Of a stretch of DNA of 64,000 nucleotides, positions 51,401-60,882 are shown piece by piece. The stretch is taken from the NCBI GenBank assembly GCA_965220765.1, contig OZ244847.1:640646-704645 (forward strand). Direction: 5' to 3'. Numbering within the stretch: the stretch's first letter is position 1; each line of letters begins with the position of its first letter. A program made the translations under genes and the position numbers. Under the pieces are notes generated by a model, which was not told the DNA's origin, did not search any database, and saw only the letters and a list, made by a program, of their open reading frames with translations. The DNA is from Candidatus Latescibacterota bacterium. GTDB taxonomy: Bacteria; Latescibacterota; UBA2968.

Positions 51401-51871
51401 TTACGAAAGTCCCACACTTCTTCGAGAAGAAAAAAGAAAATGGTCGAGAGAAACAGGTGTAGATTTGAAAAAAAACAAAAAATAACAGCAGAGTAAGAAG
51501 ACCAAATCCTGGAGCAACGCGACATACAAACTGGTTTCATTGAACCCAAAACAACCACAGGCGATGTCTGCACCGCGGAGAATATTAATGCCCACTGCTG
51601 CTGCAAATATTAAAAAAAGACCAAAGCTACTGAGCACAGCACTCTTGTGCCACAAACCGAGAAATAAAAATAAACCTGTCACAAGCTCAATCCAGGGCAA
51701 GAAGATCCCCCATAGCACGACCAATCCCTCAGGGAGCAAATTGTAGGCTTTAACAATTTTAATAAATGCTTCGGGATTACGGATTTTTACAATTCCAGCC
51801 CACCCCAGAATAACTCCCAGAAATATCCTGGCCACGGTTCCTGCCCATGCTATTTTGGGAGATAGAATCAT
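51401..51871 (-). CDS. MauE/DoxX-family membrane protein
   Basis: 156 aa, 4 transmembrane helices. Conserved CGCFG pair of cysteines typical of MauE-like proteins. Overlaps the rhodanese gene by 4 bp. Confidence 0.6.
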   Translation of the reverse strand: MILSPKIAWAGTVARIFLGVILGWAGIVKIRNPEAFIKIVKAYNLLPEGLVVLWGIFLPWIELVTGLFLFLGLWHKSAVLSSFGLFLIFAAAVGINILRGADIACGCFGFNETSLYVALLQDLVFLLCCYFLFFFKSTPVSLDHFLFSSRRSVGLS

Positions 51872-52362
51872 CTGTCAAAACCAGTTTGAATCGGATTTAC
51901 TCCCTTTACCCATTCCTCCCATCCGCCTTCAAAAACTTGAACATGTATAAATCCAAATTTCCTTTTTAGAGATCTCGCCAATTCGACACTGGTATTACAA
52001 TTTATGCCAGAACAATAGACAATTATTGGGGTCTCGCGGGCGACATCAGCCAAAAGCTGCTTGGAGAAATAATCGTGCTGAATATACGGTATGTTCACTG
52101 CCCCTAAAATATGGCCTTTTTGATAGGCAGATTCAGAACGTCCATCAATGAGTAATATTTTTGATTTCGATTGAATTATATTTCGAAGCACCTCTAAAGA
52201 GAGATATGTTATATCACCTTTTTGTTGAGAGGTTTCAGCTTCACTCAACAGAAGCTGCTCGCTAAAAATGACAGTATAAATCAATCCTGCGCCTATTCCC
52301 AAAATTTGGATGACCAATGCACGCAAGAGGACTAACTTATAATTGTAGAATCCCACACTCAC
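51868..52362 (-). CDS. membrane-anchored rhodanese-domain protein
   Basis: 164 aa. N-terminal transmembrane helix. ..IIVYCSGINCNTS active-site Cys loop. Confidence 0.8.
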   Translation of the reverse strand: MSVGFYNYKLVLLRALVIQILGIGAGLIYTVIFSEQLLLSEAETSQQKGDITYLSLEVLRNIIQSKSKILLIDGRSESAYQKGHILGAVNIPYIQHDYFSKQLLADVARETPIIVYCSGINCNTSVELARSLKRKFGFIHVQVFEGGWEEWVKGVNPIQTGFDR

Positions 52363-52374
52363 CGGCTGCGTTCC

Positions 52375-54144
52375 TTATGCGATAAGTTGCTTGCGAAAAA
52401 GATGCCAATAGTGTCCTTTCCTCTTCACCAACTCGCCATGGAGTCCTTGCTCAACCACTCTGCCCCCATCCAAACAAATAACCTCATCTACCTGCTGGAT
52501 GGTGCTGAGTCTGTGGCTAATCACAATCAGGGTCTTATCTTCATATAGATCCTGTAAATTTGCTATAATTTTACCTTCGCTTTCAGAATCCAGTGCCGAT
52601 GTTGCTTCGTCAAGGATCAGAATATCCGAGTTTTTCAAAATTGCACGCGCAATCGCAATACGTTGTCTTTGACCAGCCGAAAGCGTGTTACCACGATCAC
52701 CGATAAGCGTAAGCACCCCATCTTCAGACTTCTCAATAAATCCATCCAAACCAGTTAGCCTGATCGCTTGATTGACCTCTTCGGGTGTACTTTTGGGCTT
52801 GCTGTACCGGATATTGTTCCAGATCGTATCATGAAAAACTTGATTTTCCTGGGTTACCAGACCAATATGCTCTCTCAGATCATACAGCTTGATATTGGTA
52901 ATCGGTGTGTGATCAATCGCAATCTCACCTGTATCGGATTCGTAAAAGCGACACAGCAAATTGACTAATGAACTCTTGCCACAACCGCTTGACCCCACCA
53001 GAGCATATTTTTTCCCTTTCTCAAGTCTTAAACTGAAGTCCTGCAAAACGGGTTGTCCGTTATATCCGAAATTGAGGTTGGTAAACGCAATCTCCTTTTG
53101 AAAAGAAAACGGACTGGTGGCAGACCCATCTGCTGTTTTCTGAATATCAATCTCGAGAAACTCGAATACCCGCTTCATTGAAACAGATACACGGACGAGT
53201 TCTACATAAAGCTGATTGAGATTTCTAAATGGTTCAAAAAGACGCGACAGGTACTGCAAAAAAGCAACCAATGCCCCCAGGCTCATGGCCCCCAACATGA
53301 CTTTATGGCCTCCCCATCCCAAAATGAGTGCCGGAGTCAATGACGTTAACAATCTCGAAATCGATCTCATCGCTCCAGAGTAGGTTACATTTTGCATACT
53401 GATATCCATGAGACCATTTAGCTGTGACCGCAGTCTATTATTTTCATAATTATAGGCATTATAGACTTGAATCAATTGGATAGACTCGAATCGCTCAATC
53501 AAATAGCTCATGACTTCAGAGCCTTTCTTTCGCCCGCGTTCCGTAATATCTCTTATTTTGGGCTGGAAGTAGCGAATATTGAGTGCCAGAAAGGGTATGA
53601 CAATAATAGAAACCAAAAATAGCTGCCAGTTTAACCAGCACAGAGCCACAGTAAGCCCTATGAGTGTCAGCAAGCTATGTATAAGACTCAAAGCACTTGA
53701 AGTAATAAACGACTGTATCCGATCCACTTCGTTGCTCATTCGATAGACCACATCTCCAGATTTATTGCGATCATAAAAGCTCAATGGCAACTGGATCAAG
53801 TGATCAAAAAGATGGCTTCTTATATCCAGCATAATGCGATTGTTTATATAGGCAAATAAATAGTTTGAACAAAAACTAATGATGATATTCCCTACCGTAA
53901 CACCCAATAGCAGAAGTAAAATCCATATCAATAGTTCATAGTCTTCGTTTGGAAACACGTCATCAATGATAATTTTCATGATATAAGGGAAGGCCAGCGA
54001 GCTAATAGTCCCTAAAATCATGAGCACGAAAACAACGCTTTGATGTATCCAATAAGGTTTCAGAAATTTTAAAAAATGATAAAAGACATGTCTCTGCTTA
54101 GAGAGACTGAAAATGGCGGATATGACTTGTTGTTTGTCCTTCAT
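52375..54144 (-). CDS. ABC exporter, fused permease/ATP-binding protein (ABCB-type half transporter)
   Basis: 590 aa from MKDKQQ. 6-transmembrane-helix domain, then Walker A GSSGCGKSS, signature LSAGQRQR and Walker B ILILDEATSALD. The longer ORF to 54354 reads through the repeat element and is rejected as the start. Confidence 0.9.
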   Translation of the reverse strand: MKDKQQVISAIFSLSKQRHVFYHFLKFLKPYWIHQSVVFVLMILGTISSLAFPYIMKIIIDDVFPNEDYELLIWILLLLLGVTVGNIIISFCSNYLFAYINNRIMLDIRSHLFDHLIQLPLSFYDRNKSGDVVYRMSNEVDRIQSFITSSALSLIHSLLTLIGLTVALCWLNWQLFLVSIIVIPFLALNIRYFQPKIRDITERGRKKGSEVMSYLIERFESIQLIQVYNAYNYENNRLRSQLNGLMDISMQNVTYSGAMRSISRLLTSLTPALILGWGGHKVMLGAMSLGALVAFLQYLSRLFEPFRNLNQLYVELVRVSVSMKRVFEFLEIDIQKTADGSATSPFSFQKEIAFTNLNFGYNGQPVLQDFSLRLEKGKKYALVGSSGCGKSSLVNLLCRFYESDTGEIAIDHTPITNIKLYDLREHIGLVTQENQVFHDTIWNNIRYSKPKSTPEEVNQAIRLTGLDGFIEKSEDGVLTLIGDRGNTLSAGQRQRIAIARAILKNSDILILDEATSALDSESEGKIIANLQDLYEDKTLIVISHRLSTIQQVDEVICLDGGRVVEQGLHGELVKRKGHYWHLFRKQLIA

Positions 54145-54192
54145 ATTCACCCGTGATGTAAGCAACTTAAAGTGTGCGTGTGGAATAAGACA

Positions 54193-54368
54193 CACCTTAC
54201 TCGATAAGCTCAAGTAAACTATTCTCTCAAGCTCACATTCCCAAATGCTTGAACTTTGAACTGCTGCCTGCCCGCGCCGTCGCCTGTCCGCATGCAGGTG
54301 TTCCGCACAGGCAGGCACGGCAGGCAGGTCTGCCGCCGACATTCGACTTGCCAAGGTCTGTCGGCAAC
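54193..54368 (+). repeat. repeat module copy 2 (with a roughly 60-bp GC-rich insertion)
   Basis: ccttactcgataagctcaagtaaa...ctcaagctcacattcccaaatgcttgaactttgaactgctg-[60-bp insert]-ctgccgccgacattcgacttgccaaggtctgtcggcaac. Confidence 0.8.
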
Positions 54369-54407
54369 TTCGTTATACAGAAACGCTCGAATACGACTTG
54401 ACTTTCT

Positions 54408-55514
54408 TCACTGTCCGGTAGAGGCTCCTTGGGGTTCAGTTAGACGATAGACACGAATCCTGCCATTGGTATCTTCGCCATCCTCAGGAGGCGAATACGC
54501 ATATATAGAATTCCCATGGCAAGTAAAAATATTGTACCCCAATTCATTCTTCACTTCCTGTGCATAAGGCTGCACATCCAAATCCGATAAAAGTATAAGT
54601 GCAGTACTCATTGATAAATCCTCAAAAGTGTACCTGAGCAAAATATCTCCCGAAGACAAGATATGCATGCCGTACAACCTGCTGAACCTATGTTGGGATA
54701 ATTGTCTTATATCTTTGCTATCATCTACTTCATCTAACTTGAGACTGACAAATTTGGGATGATTTGTGACTATGGGTGTAAGAAACTCCTGTGCTGTCAA
54801 ATCAATTCGCATAACTTTATCTTCCCAAGGCAGCGCAAAGTATATGATTTTTCGCACTTCGTCATAAGCAAGCCCTTGGTAACGCTGCAAACCAAAAAAT
54901 AGTTTTCCGTATTGTGTATCGCAGACCTTGAACTTTGCGAGGTCGTCACCAGTGTCAAGGGAAGTGACGCAAAGCATACCGTTTTTGTTTTTATCTACAT
55001 AAGTATGAATGAGATTATGACCATCGGAAACCGCCAAGCGATTAATAAAGCGTCTCTCAGATAGCTCTACTTTCCCTACAAATTCACCTTTGAGTGAAAA
55101 TCGAAGCGTCTGTCCGGTTCCTCCATCGTAGATTAGTATTTGGTCGGTATTGGGGATAGTCGTTGGGTGAGTCGGTATCTTGTACTGGCCTTCTCCTTCC
55201 CCCCGACTGCCAATAGACCGCTTATAGCTTCCCTCTCTGCCAAAAACTTCGACACTTTTTCTCATAGTATCTAAAATAATGATGTAGTCCTCCACAACCA
55301 CAATAGATCCGACACGCCCGAGAAACGGTCCCGCCTCTGGGTGTTCGAGGGTAATAACATCAATCAATGCGATCTGGGGGGGGGGGCCTTGTGTTTGCAC
55401 CTTAGGGACGACCCTATCGAGCTGGTTTTCAACAGTACTTTTTTCGCAACTTCCAAAAATAAGAAAGAGGAGTGTCAGCCACCTCGCGGAAACCAATAAC
55501 TTTTTTTTATTCAT
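54408..55514 (-). CDS. beta-propeller lipoprotein (6-bladed-propeller-like) carrying a 12-nt homopolymeric tract
   Basis: 368 aa. Lipobox LIFGSC. Repeated blade-like segments. A G12 run on the plus strand at 55376-55387 encodes the PPP of ..QGPPPQIA... Confidence 0.5.
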   Translation of the reverse strand: MNKKKLLVSARWLTLLFLIFGSCEKSTVENQLDRVVPKVQTQGPPPQIALIDVITLEHPEAGPFLGRVGSIVVVEDYIIILDTMRKSVEVFGREGSYKRSIGSRGEGEGQYKIPTHPTTIPNTDQILIYDGGTGQTLRFSLKGEFVGKVELSERRFINRLAVSDGHNLIHTYVDKNKNGMLCVTSLDTGDDLAKFKVCDTQYGKLFFGLQRYQGLAYDEVRKIIYFALPWEDKVMRIDLTAQEFLTPIVTNHPKFVSLKLDEVDDSKDIRQLSQHRFSRLYGMHILSSGDILLRYTFEDLSMSTALILLSDLDVQPYAQEVKNELGYNIFTCHGNSIYAYSPPEDGEDTNGRIRVYRLTEPQGASTGQ

Positions 55515-55540
55515 CGGTTTTAATCCTTTTCTATTTGGGC

Positions 55541-56498
55541 TCGATATTCCTGAGAAGTTGTTTTAAAAATGGATCGTTTAATCGAGTCTGTTGAGTAAGA
55601 GGTAAATCATAACAATGTGAATAAAGGCTTCACTATTGTCAGTCAAGTCTTCATAATCCTTTGACAGACGGCGAAAATTTAATAACCAAGCAAAGGTGCG
55701 CTCAACGACCCAACGGCGCTTGGCGACCTGGAAGCCCTCACCTTTAGGCTTAACAACCTCAAGATCAATTTTATACGTGCGCTTCCTATCAGCGACCCAT
55801 TCCTTGAGGTCATCGCCGCGATAGCCGCCATCAACCCACAGCTTGCGTAAGCGTGTTGTTCCTTGCTCAAAATACTGATTCAGCAGATGCTTGAGGCCGT
55901 CACGATCTTGGAGATTGGCAGGCGAGACAAAGGCGTTGATCACCAGGCCGAGGGTATCGACAAACAGGTGGCGTTTGCGTCCATTGACCTTTTTGCCAGC
56001 ATCGTAACCTTTTGAGTCTTTTTGTGTTGCACTCTTGACACTTTGACTGTCAATGCAGCCTGCTGATGCGGTAGCTTTGCGTCCTTGTCGTTTTCTCTCT
56101 TTTCGTGTGAGTGCTTGTTGCATACGCTCAAAGACACTTTGCTCGCGCCACTTATTGAAATAGCCATACACGGTTTGCCAGCAGCCAAAGGTATGAGGCA
56201 ACATGCGCCATTGGCAGCCCGTCTTCGTCAGATACAGGATGCCATCAAACACGTTCCGCAAATTGACAGGGGGACGTCCACGGCTACCTTTTCGCCATTT
56301 GCGCTTGGGCAGGAGTGGGATGAGCAGTTGCCATTGCGCTTCGGTTACATTTGTCGGATATTGCCGGTGCGTATTCATCGCAGGTCCTTTCGTTTCAGGG
56401 TGATATGCACTACCTGAATTTGGACAGATGAATACGCTTTTTCAACGCTTTTTTTCTTCTTTCATAATTTTAAAACAGCTTCTGAGGATTTACCGAGA
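55541..56498. mobile_element. IS5-family insertion sequence (about 0.96 kb) with about 25-30-bp imperfect terminal inverted repeats
   Basis: Left end tcgatattcctgagaagttgttttaaaaatgg. Right end reverse-complement tcggtaaatcctcagaagctgttttaaaattatg. Single transposase ORF inside. Confidence 0.75.
55578..56378 (-). CDS. IS5-family DDE transposase
   Basis: 266 aa. DDE_Tnp_1-like motifs CIDSQSV (D), FVDTLGL (D), VVERTFAWL (E). N-terminal helix-turn-helix. Confidence 0.85.
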   Translation of the reverse strand: MNTHRQYPTNVTEAQWQLLIPLLPKRKWRKGSRGRPPVNLRNVFDGILYLTKTGCQWRMLPHTFGCWQTVYGYFNKWREQSVFERMQQALTRKERKRQGRKATASAGCIDSQSVKSATQKDSKGYDAGKKVNGRKRHLFVDTLGLVINAFVSPANLQDRDGLKHLLNQYFEQGTTRLRKLWVDGGYRGDDLKEWVADRKRTYKIDLEVVKPKGEGFQVAKRRWVVERTFAWLLNFRRLSKDYEDLTDNSEAFIHIVMIYLLLNRLD

Positions 56499-56574
56499 AT
56501 ACCGAGCTAAACTGGAGTACATCAAGTGCGATAGCACATTTTTTACAACTCCTTGCACTTAAGTTGAGTTTACA

Positions 56575-59052
56575 TCAGTCCTCTTGAAGGGCATCTATTG
56601 GACTTTCAGAGGCGACCTTGAACGCATGTATGAAGCCACCTATCAGCGGAAGAAGAATGCCTAAGAAGATTGCTACCAAAATCGTGCCAACACCAAATTG
56701 AAAGCGGTAGGCAAATATTGAGAGCCATTCATCCATAAAGAAATAGGAGAGCGGAAGCATGATGATGGCGGCGATAAATCCAGGTACTGCGTAGTTCAGC
56801 ACAATCCCACTGGCTATTTTGGAGGGCACAGCCCCCATGACCCTTCGGATGACGATTTCCTTTCTTCTGCGTGCCACGGCGAGGGAGATCATGCCCAGGG
56901 CACCCATTGACGCGATCAGGACAGCACACAAAGTCGCGCCAGAGACGATCTTGCTCCAACTGATTTCTCGGGCATAAAAGTGTCGCCTGTCATCTTCTAC
57001 AAAGGAAAATGTCAGGTGATGCTCCGTTTTGAGGTCTTGCCATAGTTCCTTGAGAAACGCACTAAATGCTTTGGCATTGCCATCTTGAAGCCGAATCAAT
57101 ATTTCACGGTCTTGTCGCTTGGTTGTTGCACCATCTGGGACAATCGTGATGATAGTCGGTGGGACCTTGTGGTGTGAACTTTGGAAGCGAAAATCCTTGA
57201 CTATACCTACAATACGGCCACTGACATCGCGACCAAACACGGGTCTTCTGAACTTTGTATCCGCCTGCGTGATCACCTGTCCAAGAGGCTGTGGTGATGT
57301 CAGGTGTTTTTGCAAGGCTTCATTCACGATTACATCGCCCGGGATAGGATTTGGATGTAAGGCTCTTCCTTGTAAGAGTTGCAACCCGACGGTCTTCAGA
57401 AAAGGGCCATCTACCTGATAATAGTTTACATTATCAATGAGTTTGTTACCGCTGTCTTTGATTAGAGTTGAGTTTGACGAATTTAGAGACAGATTCGTCC
57501 GAACAGAGGATGTCACGAGAGGAGACGCTGATAAAGACGCTTGCAGACGATCAATCTCATTTTCTGTCAACCCACTGGTATTGAGTCTGACCAGGTTCGC
57601 GGGTTCAAACCCTGGATCTGCTGTGATGACGAAAAAGGTCTGTTCAAAGATAATGATCGTGCAAAATACAAACACCAATGTCACACCCGACTGTACAGCC
57701 ATCAGTACCTTCAAAAAAGGACCAGACCTGACGGCCTTTGAGGTTTTGCTCAAAACGCTGATGGCAGACACAGACGACATAAATGTCGCCGGGTAAATGG
57801 CTGTGACCAGACCTATTAGACAGGCAAGTGATAGGAAAATGATCGCGGTCTGAATAGGATCTACCGAAGACATAAAAGGGATCCGCAAAATGCCTTCAAT
57901 AGGACTTGAGGCCAACTCTGCGACTGCCAGACTTATGATGCAGGCCAAAATGCTGTATCCAAAGCATTCGGCCAATAGCTGGTATCTGAGTTGCCGTCGG
58001 TTCGCGCCAAAGATTTGCCTGATGCCCAATTCTTTTGTACGCGAGTTGAACCGCGCTACATAAAGAAGCACGTAATTCAAACACGCGATAAACAGAACCA
58101 ATATACTGATACCGGCGAGAATATATCCATATAAGGGATTTGTTTTGCGAAACATACCATCAACAAATAGACCGATATAATGGTGCAGGTCTGTGAGGGA
58201 TTGCAATTTGGCCTGAAAGGTCTCTAAGTCCCATATTGAGTTGATAGAGGACTGCTTCTGCATGAACGTAGTGAGCTTTCTGTCCATTTCTTCCACATTT
58301 GATCTGTCTGCCAAACGGATGTAATGTGTGGATTCAAAGCCCCAGTCCCATTGTCCTTCTTCATTATCGAGAAAGGTCGTGGACATACTCAAGGGCAAAA
58401 GAATCTCGAAATATAAGCTCGAATTACGTGGAGGAGCCACGATGCCCCCGATTTCAACAGGGGCTACTACGGGTTTTATATCTCTCAAAAATCTGCGAGA
58501 AGCAACTCGCATCCATAACACTTTGCCTATCAAGTTGTCAATATCGTTGGTAAGCGTCTGAGCAAATCTACGTGTGATCACGACTTGCCCAGGGCGAGAG
58601 AAGAATGTACCGCGAATAAGGGGGAAGGAAAACATCTCTTCAAAACTTCTATCGACGAACAAGACATGTTGGATAGGTCGCAAAAACTCTTTGTGAGTAC
58701 CTACCTGGCAGGTCGCTGTCCCAATGACACTCTTTACACGGGTTGTATGCTCAATCTCAGGAAATTCAGCAGCCACCATGGAGGATAGTGCAACAGGAAA
58801 ACTGGCGGTCTCTGTCCATGTGCCCGCCAACGGTGTCCCTCTTATTGTTTTTTCATACTTGACCTTTCCGACAACGCAGTATATGCGATGATGGTCTTTG
58901 TGGAATCTATCAAAGCTCCAATCGTACAGGAAGTAAAGCACGCAGAGATAGCAGCAGGCAATTCCTATCCCCAAACCCAGCAGATTAATGGCTGCATACG
59001 TTTTATACTTGAGGATATTGCGAAACCATGTTCGGAAGTAATTGGCAATCAT
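56575..59052 (-). CDS. FtsX-domain ABC-transporter permease (MacB-like, two FtsX repeats)
   Basis: 825 aa. An N-terminal transmembrane helix, a large periplasmic domain and 3 transmembrane helices, repeated twice. No adjacent cognate ATPase gene. Confidence 0.8.
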   Translation of the reverse strand: MIANYFRTWFRNILKYKTYAAINLLGLGIGIACCYLCVLYFLYDWSFDRFHKDHHRIYCVVGKVKYEKTIRGTPLAGTWTETASFPVALSSMVAAEFPEIEHTTRVKSVIGTATCQVGTHKEFLRPIQHVLFVDRSFEEMFSFPLIRGTFFSRPGQVVITRRFAQTLTNDIDNLIGKVLWMRVASRRFLRDIKPVVAPVEIGGIVAPPRNSSLYFEILLPLSMSTTFLDNEEGQWDWGFESTHYIRLADRSNVEEMDRKLTTFMQKQSSINSIWDLETFQAKLQSLTDLHHYIGLFVDGMFRKTNPLYGYILAGISILVLFIACLNYVLLYVARFNSRTKELGIRQIFGANRRQLRYQLLAECFGYSILACIISLAVAELASSPIEGILRIPFMSSVDPIQTAIIFLSLACLIGLVTAIYPATFMSSVSAISVLSKTSKAVRSGPFLKVLMAVQSGVTLVFVFCTIIIFEQTFFVITADPGFEPANLVRLNTSGLTENEIDRLQASLSASPLVTSSVRTNLSLNSSNSTLIKDSGNKLIDNVNYYQVDGPFLKTVGLQLLQGRALHPNPIPGDVIVNEALQKHLTSPQPLGQVITQADTKFRRPVFGRDVSGRIVGIVKDFRFQSSHHKVPPTIITIVPDGATTKRQDREILIRLQDGNAKAFSAFLKELWQDLKTEHHLTFSFVEDDRRHFYAREISWSKIVSGATLCAVLIASMGALGMISLAVARRRKEIVIRRVMGAVPSKIASGIVLNYAVPGFIAAIIMLPLSYFFMDEWLSIFAYRFQFGVGTILVAIFLGILLPLIGGFIHAFKVASESPIDALQED

Positions 59053-59666
59053 CGGTCATCCATATTTTGTTAATAGCGGTGTGGATAAAAAACCGTGCCA
59101 TAGTCGGTAACCTTCGCTACTCAAATAATCACACATTTTCCCTGTCTTGGATGTTATGAGGAAGAGTGTTGAAGTTTTTGACAGCGTAAAATCAGTGTTA
59201 TCGGTAAATAGGCCGATAACACGAGGTTGTGCCTATATTAGTTGAAATAGTAGAGGTCCCAATGTAAATTGGATACAGCAGTTTCAACCGTGAAAACGCT
59301 ATATCCTCAACCAAAGGGGCCCGTAATCTGCCTGTGCGTTGCACGCAGACAGGTGAATAAAATATCGCACAAGCCCCCAAAGTCAAATCCACAAAGACGA
59401 TGCAACGCCACAAACACCCCCTGAAGAAGAACTGGACACACTGAATACACGCATCGCGCCAAGCCTTGATCCCAATAGGATTAGATGCCGTGGCAGAAGA
59501 ATTACAGCAGGAAGTGACCCGCTTAGCCGGGGACAGATATGGACTTGACCCGATAACACCGAACTAAATTTGAGCCTACCAAGAGGGTTGCACACTTTGC
59601 TTTTTTAAAGGGGCATATAGAAATGCTCTATTTTAATGAACTATCTCAAGTGAGACAATCATTGTA

Positions 59667-59900
59667 TCAGCATGGTCCCCAAGTTTTTCTCGTACTATAT
59701 GCCTCCTCTGATCTACATTCGTAATAAGGAAAATACTCCCGGCACTCATAGTAAGTGGTTATGGTCACACACCTAACCGGATCTCCAACAGTCTCTCTTA
59801 TACGACCCGTCTCAATCCAGATACCCCAGTCGTGCCACTCATATCCATAAATACGTGGAGAAGACAGCGGAGACTTCTCAGGCTTGGTCAAGATCTTCAT
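59667..59900 (-). CDS. small Cys/aromatic-rich peptide (candidate precursor peptide)
   Basis: 77 aa. Strong RBS AAAGGAAAGGAGGTG 7 nt before the ATG. Four Cys. Internal YYEC..YYEC repeat. Repeat module copy 3 lies immediately upstream. Confidence 0.45.
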   Translation of the reverse strand: MKILTKPEKSPLSSPRIYGYEWHDWGIWIETGRIRETVGDPVRCVTITTYYECREYFPYYECRSEEAYSTRKTWGPC

Positions 59901-59946
59901 AATATCACCTCCTTTCCTTTTGGGTCAAGTAAAAGTGTGCTTGCCC

Positions 59947-60085
59947 TTACTTGATAGGCTCAAGTTCAAGTAAAACCATTCTCTCCCGCTCACATTTTCC
60001 AAATGTTTGAGCTTTGAACTGCTGTGGTAACCCGCCCTTGGGAGCTACCGCCGACACTTGACTTGCCATGGTATGTCGGCGGCTA
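59947..60085 (+). repeat. repeat module copy 3
   Basis: cttacttgataggctcaagttcaagtaaaaccattctctcccgctcacattttccaaatgtttgagctttgaactgctg-tggtaacccgcccttgggagcta-ccgccgacacttgacttgccatggtatgtcggcgg. Confidence 0.8.
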
Positions 60086-60128
60086 TTATATCAACACTTT
60101 TGCCATGGCTACATCTTGTTCATAAATA

Positions 60129-60851
60129 TCAATAAACAAATGTAGATAAAGGATCTATCTCAAATTTCTTGGCAATAATTCGAGAATAGGGCACCCCTTT
60201 AAGATGACCGTTTAGAAGTGGTTTTTGTAAACGCAAATGTTTTTGAATCACACCAAAAAAGAGGACTGTGTTTTGAGGGCGGTCTTTTGAAGGCAAATGA
60301 CAATGCGTTATGATATTCTTTTCATTGACAACAAAGACCGCTGGCGTGCGATGGGTGAGTACTTTATTCTGGAATAGCATGTTCTCAGTATCCGAAAGCA
60401 ACTCGTAATGCAGATTAAAACTTCTTTTGTATCTTTTCAACACGCCCGCAGGAGCATTGGCAAACGCATAAATTGGAAAGCGTTTTTCGGGGTCCTGGCT
60501 CTGGTACACATGCTCCAGTAACTTTATCTGGGTGATTAGACAGGGCTGACAGTCTTGAGGCTTGAAGACGAGAACCAATCCTTTTCCTGTTTTAGAAAAA
60601 TCCGTTGAAATCCAATCGCCATTTATATTCTTCAATTTCAACTTCGGAAATTCTTGCCCTTGATAATTGGAGGCATAAGTAGAAGTGTTTATATGCTCCT
60701 TGTAATCAGCATTCTCTATTCGGAGACCTCTGATTTCTTCCCAACGACGAGCGTTCGTATTTCTCAACTTCCATACCCCAAATAACGCAACAAAAAGAAA
60801 AACAGATAGCAGGATATTTAAAATCAGCGATATTTTGCGAATTTCTTGCAT
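60129..60851 (-). CDS. membrane-anchored TlpA/ResA-like thiol-disulfide oxidoreductase (thioredoxin fold, CxxC)
   Basis: 240 aa. N-terminal transmembrane helix. VLVFKPQDCQPCLITQ active-site CQPC. Confidence 0.7.
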   Translation of the reverse strand: MQEIRKISLILNILLSVFLFVALFGVWKLRNTNARRWEEIRGLRIENADYKEHINTSTYASNYQGQEFPKLKLKNINGDWISTDFSKTGKGLVLVFKPQDCQPCLITQIKLLEHVYQSQDPEKRFPIYAFANAPAGVLKRYKRSFNLHYELLSDTENMLFQNKVLTHRTPAVFVVNEKNIITHCHLPSKDRPQNTVLFFGVIQKHLRLQKPLLNGHLKGVPYSRIIAKKFEIDPLSTFVY

Positions 60852-60882
60852 TTACTTTCTCCGCATCGTTAAGGTATTGATC

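Noticed and set aside
54145-54354. N-terminal 70-aa extension of the ABC exporter ORF (MASRMSAADLPAVP...), and similar peptide-like translations of other repeat copies (..AVQSSSIWECEL..)
   Set aside because: The apparent amino-acid conservation is only a consequence of nucleotide conservation of the repeat module. Other copies have stops in that frame. The real start is MKDKQQ at 54144, followed by the transmembrane domain.
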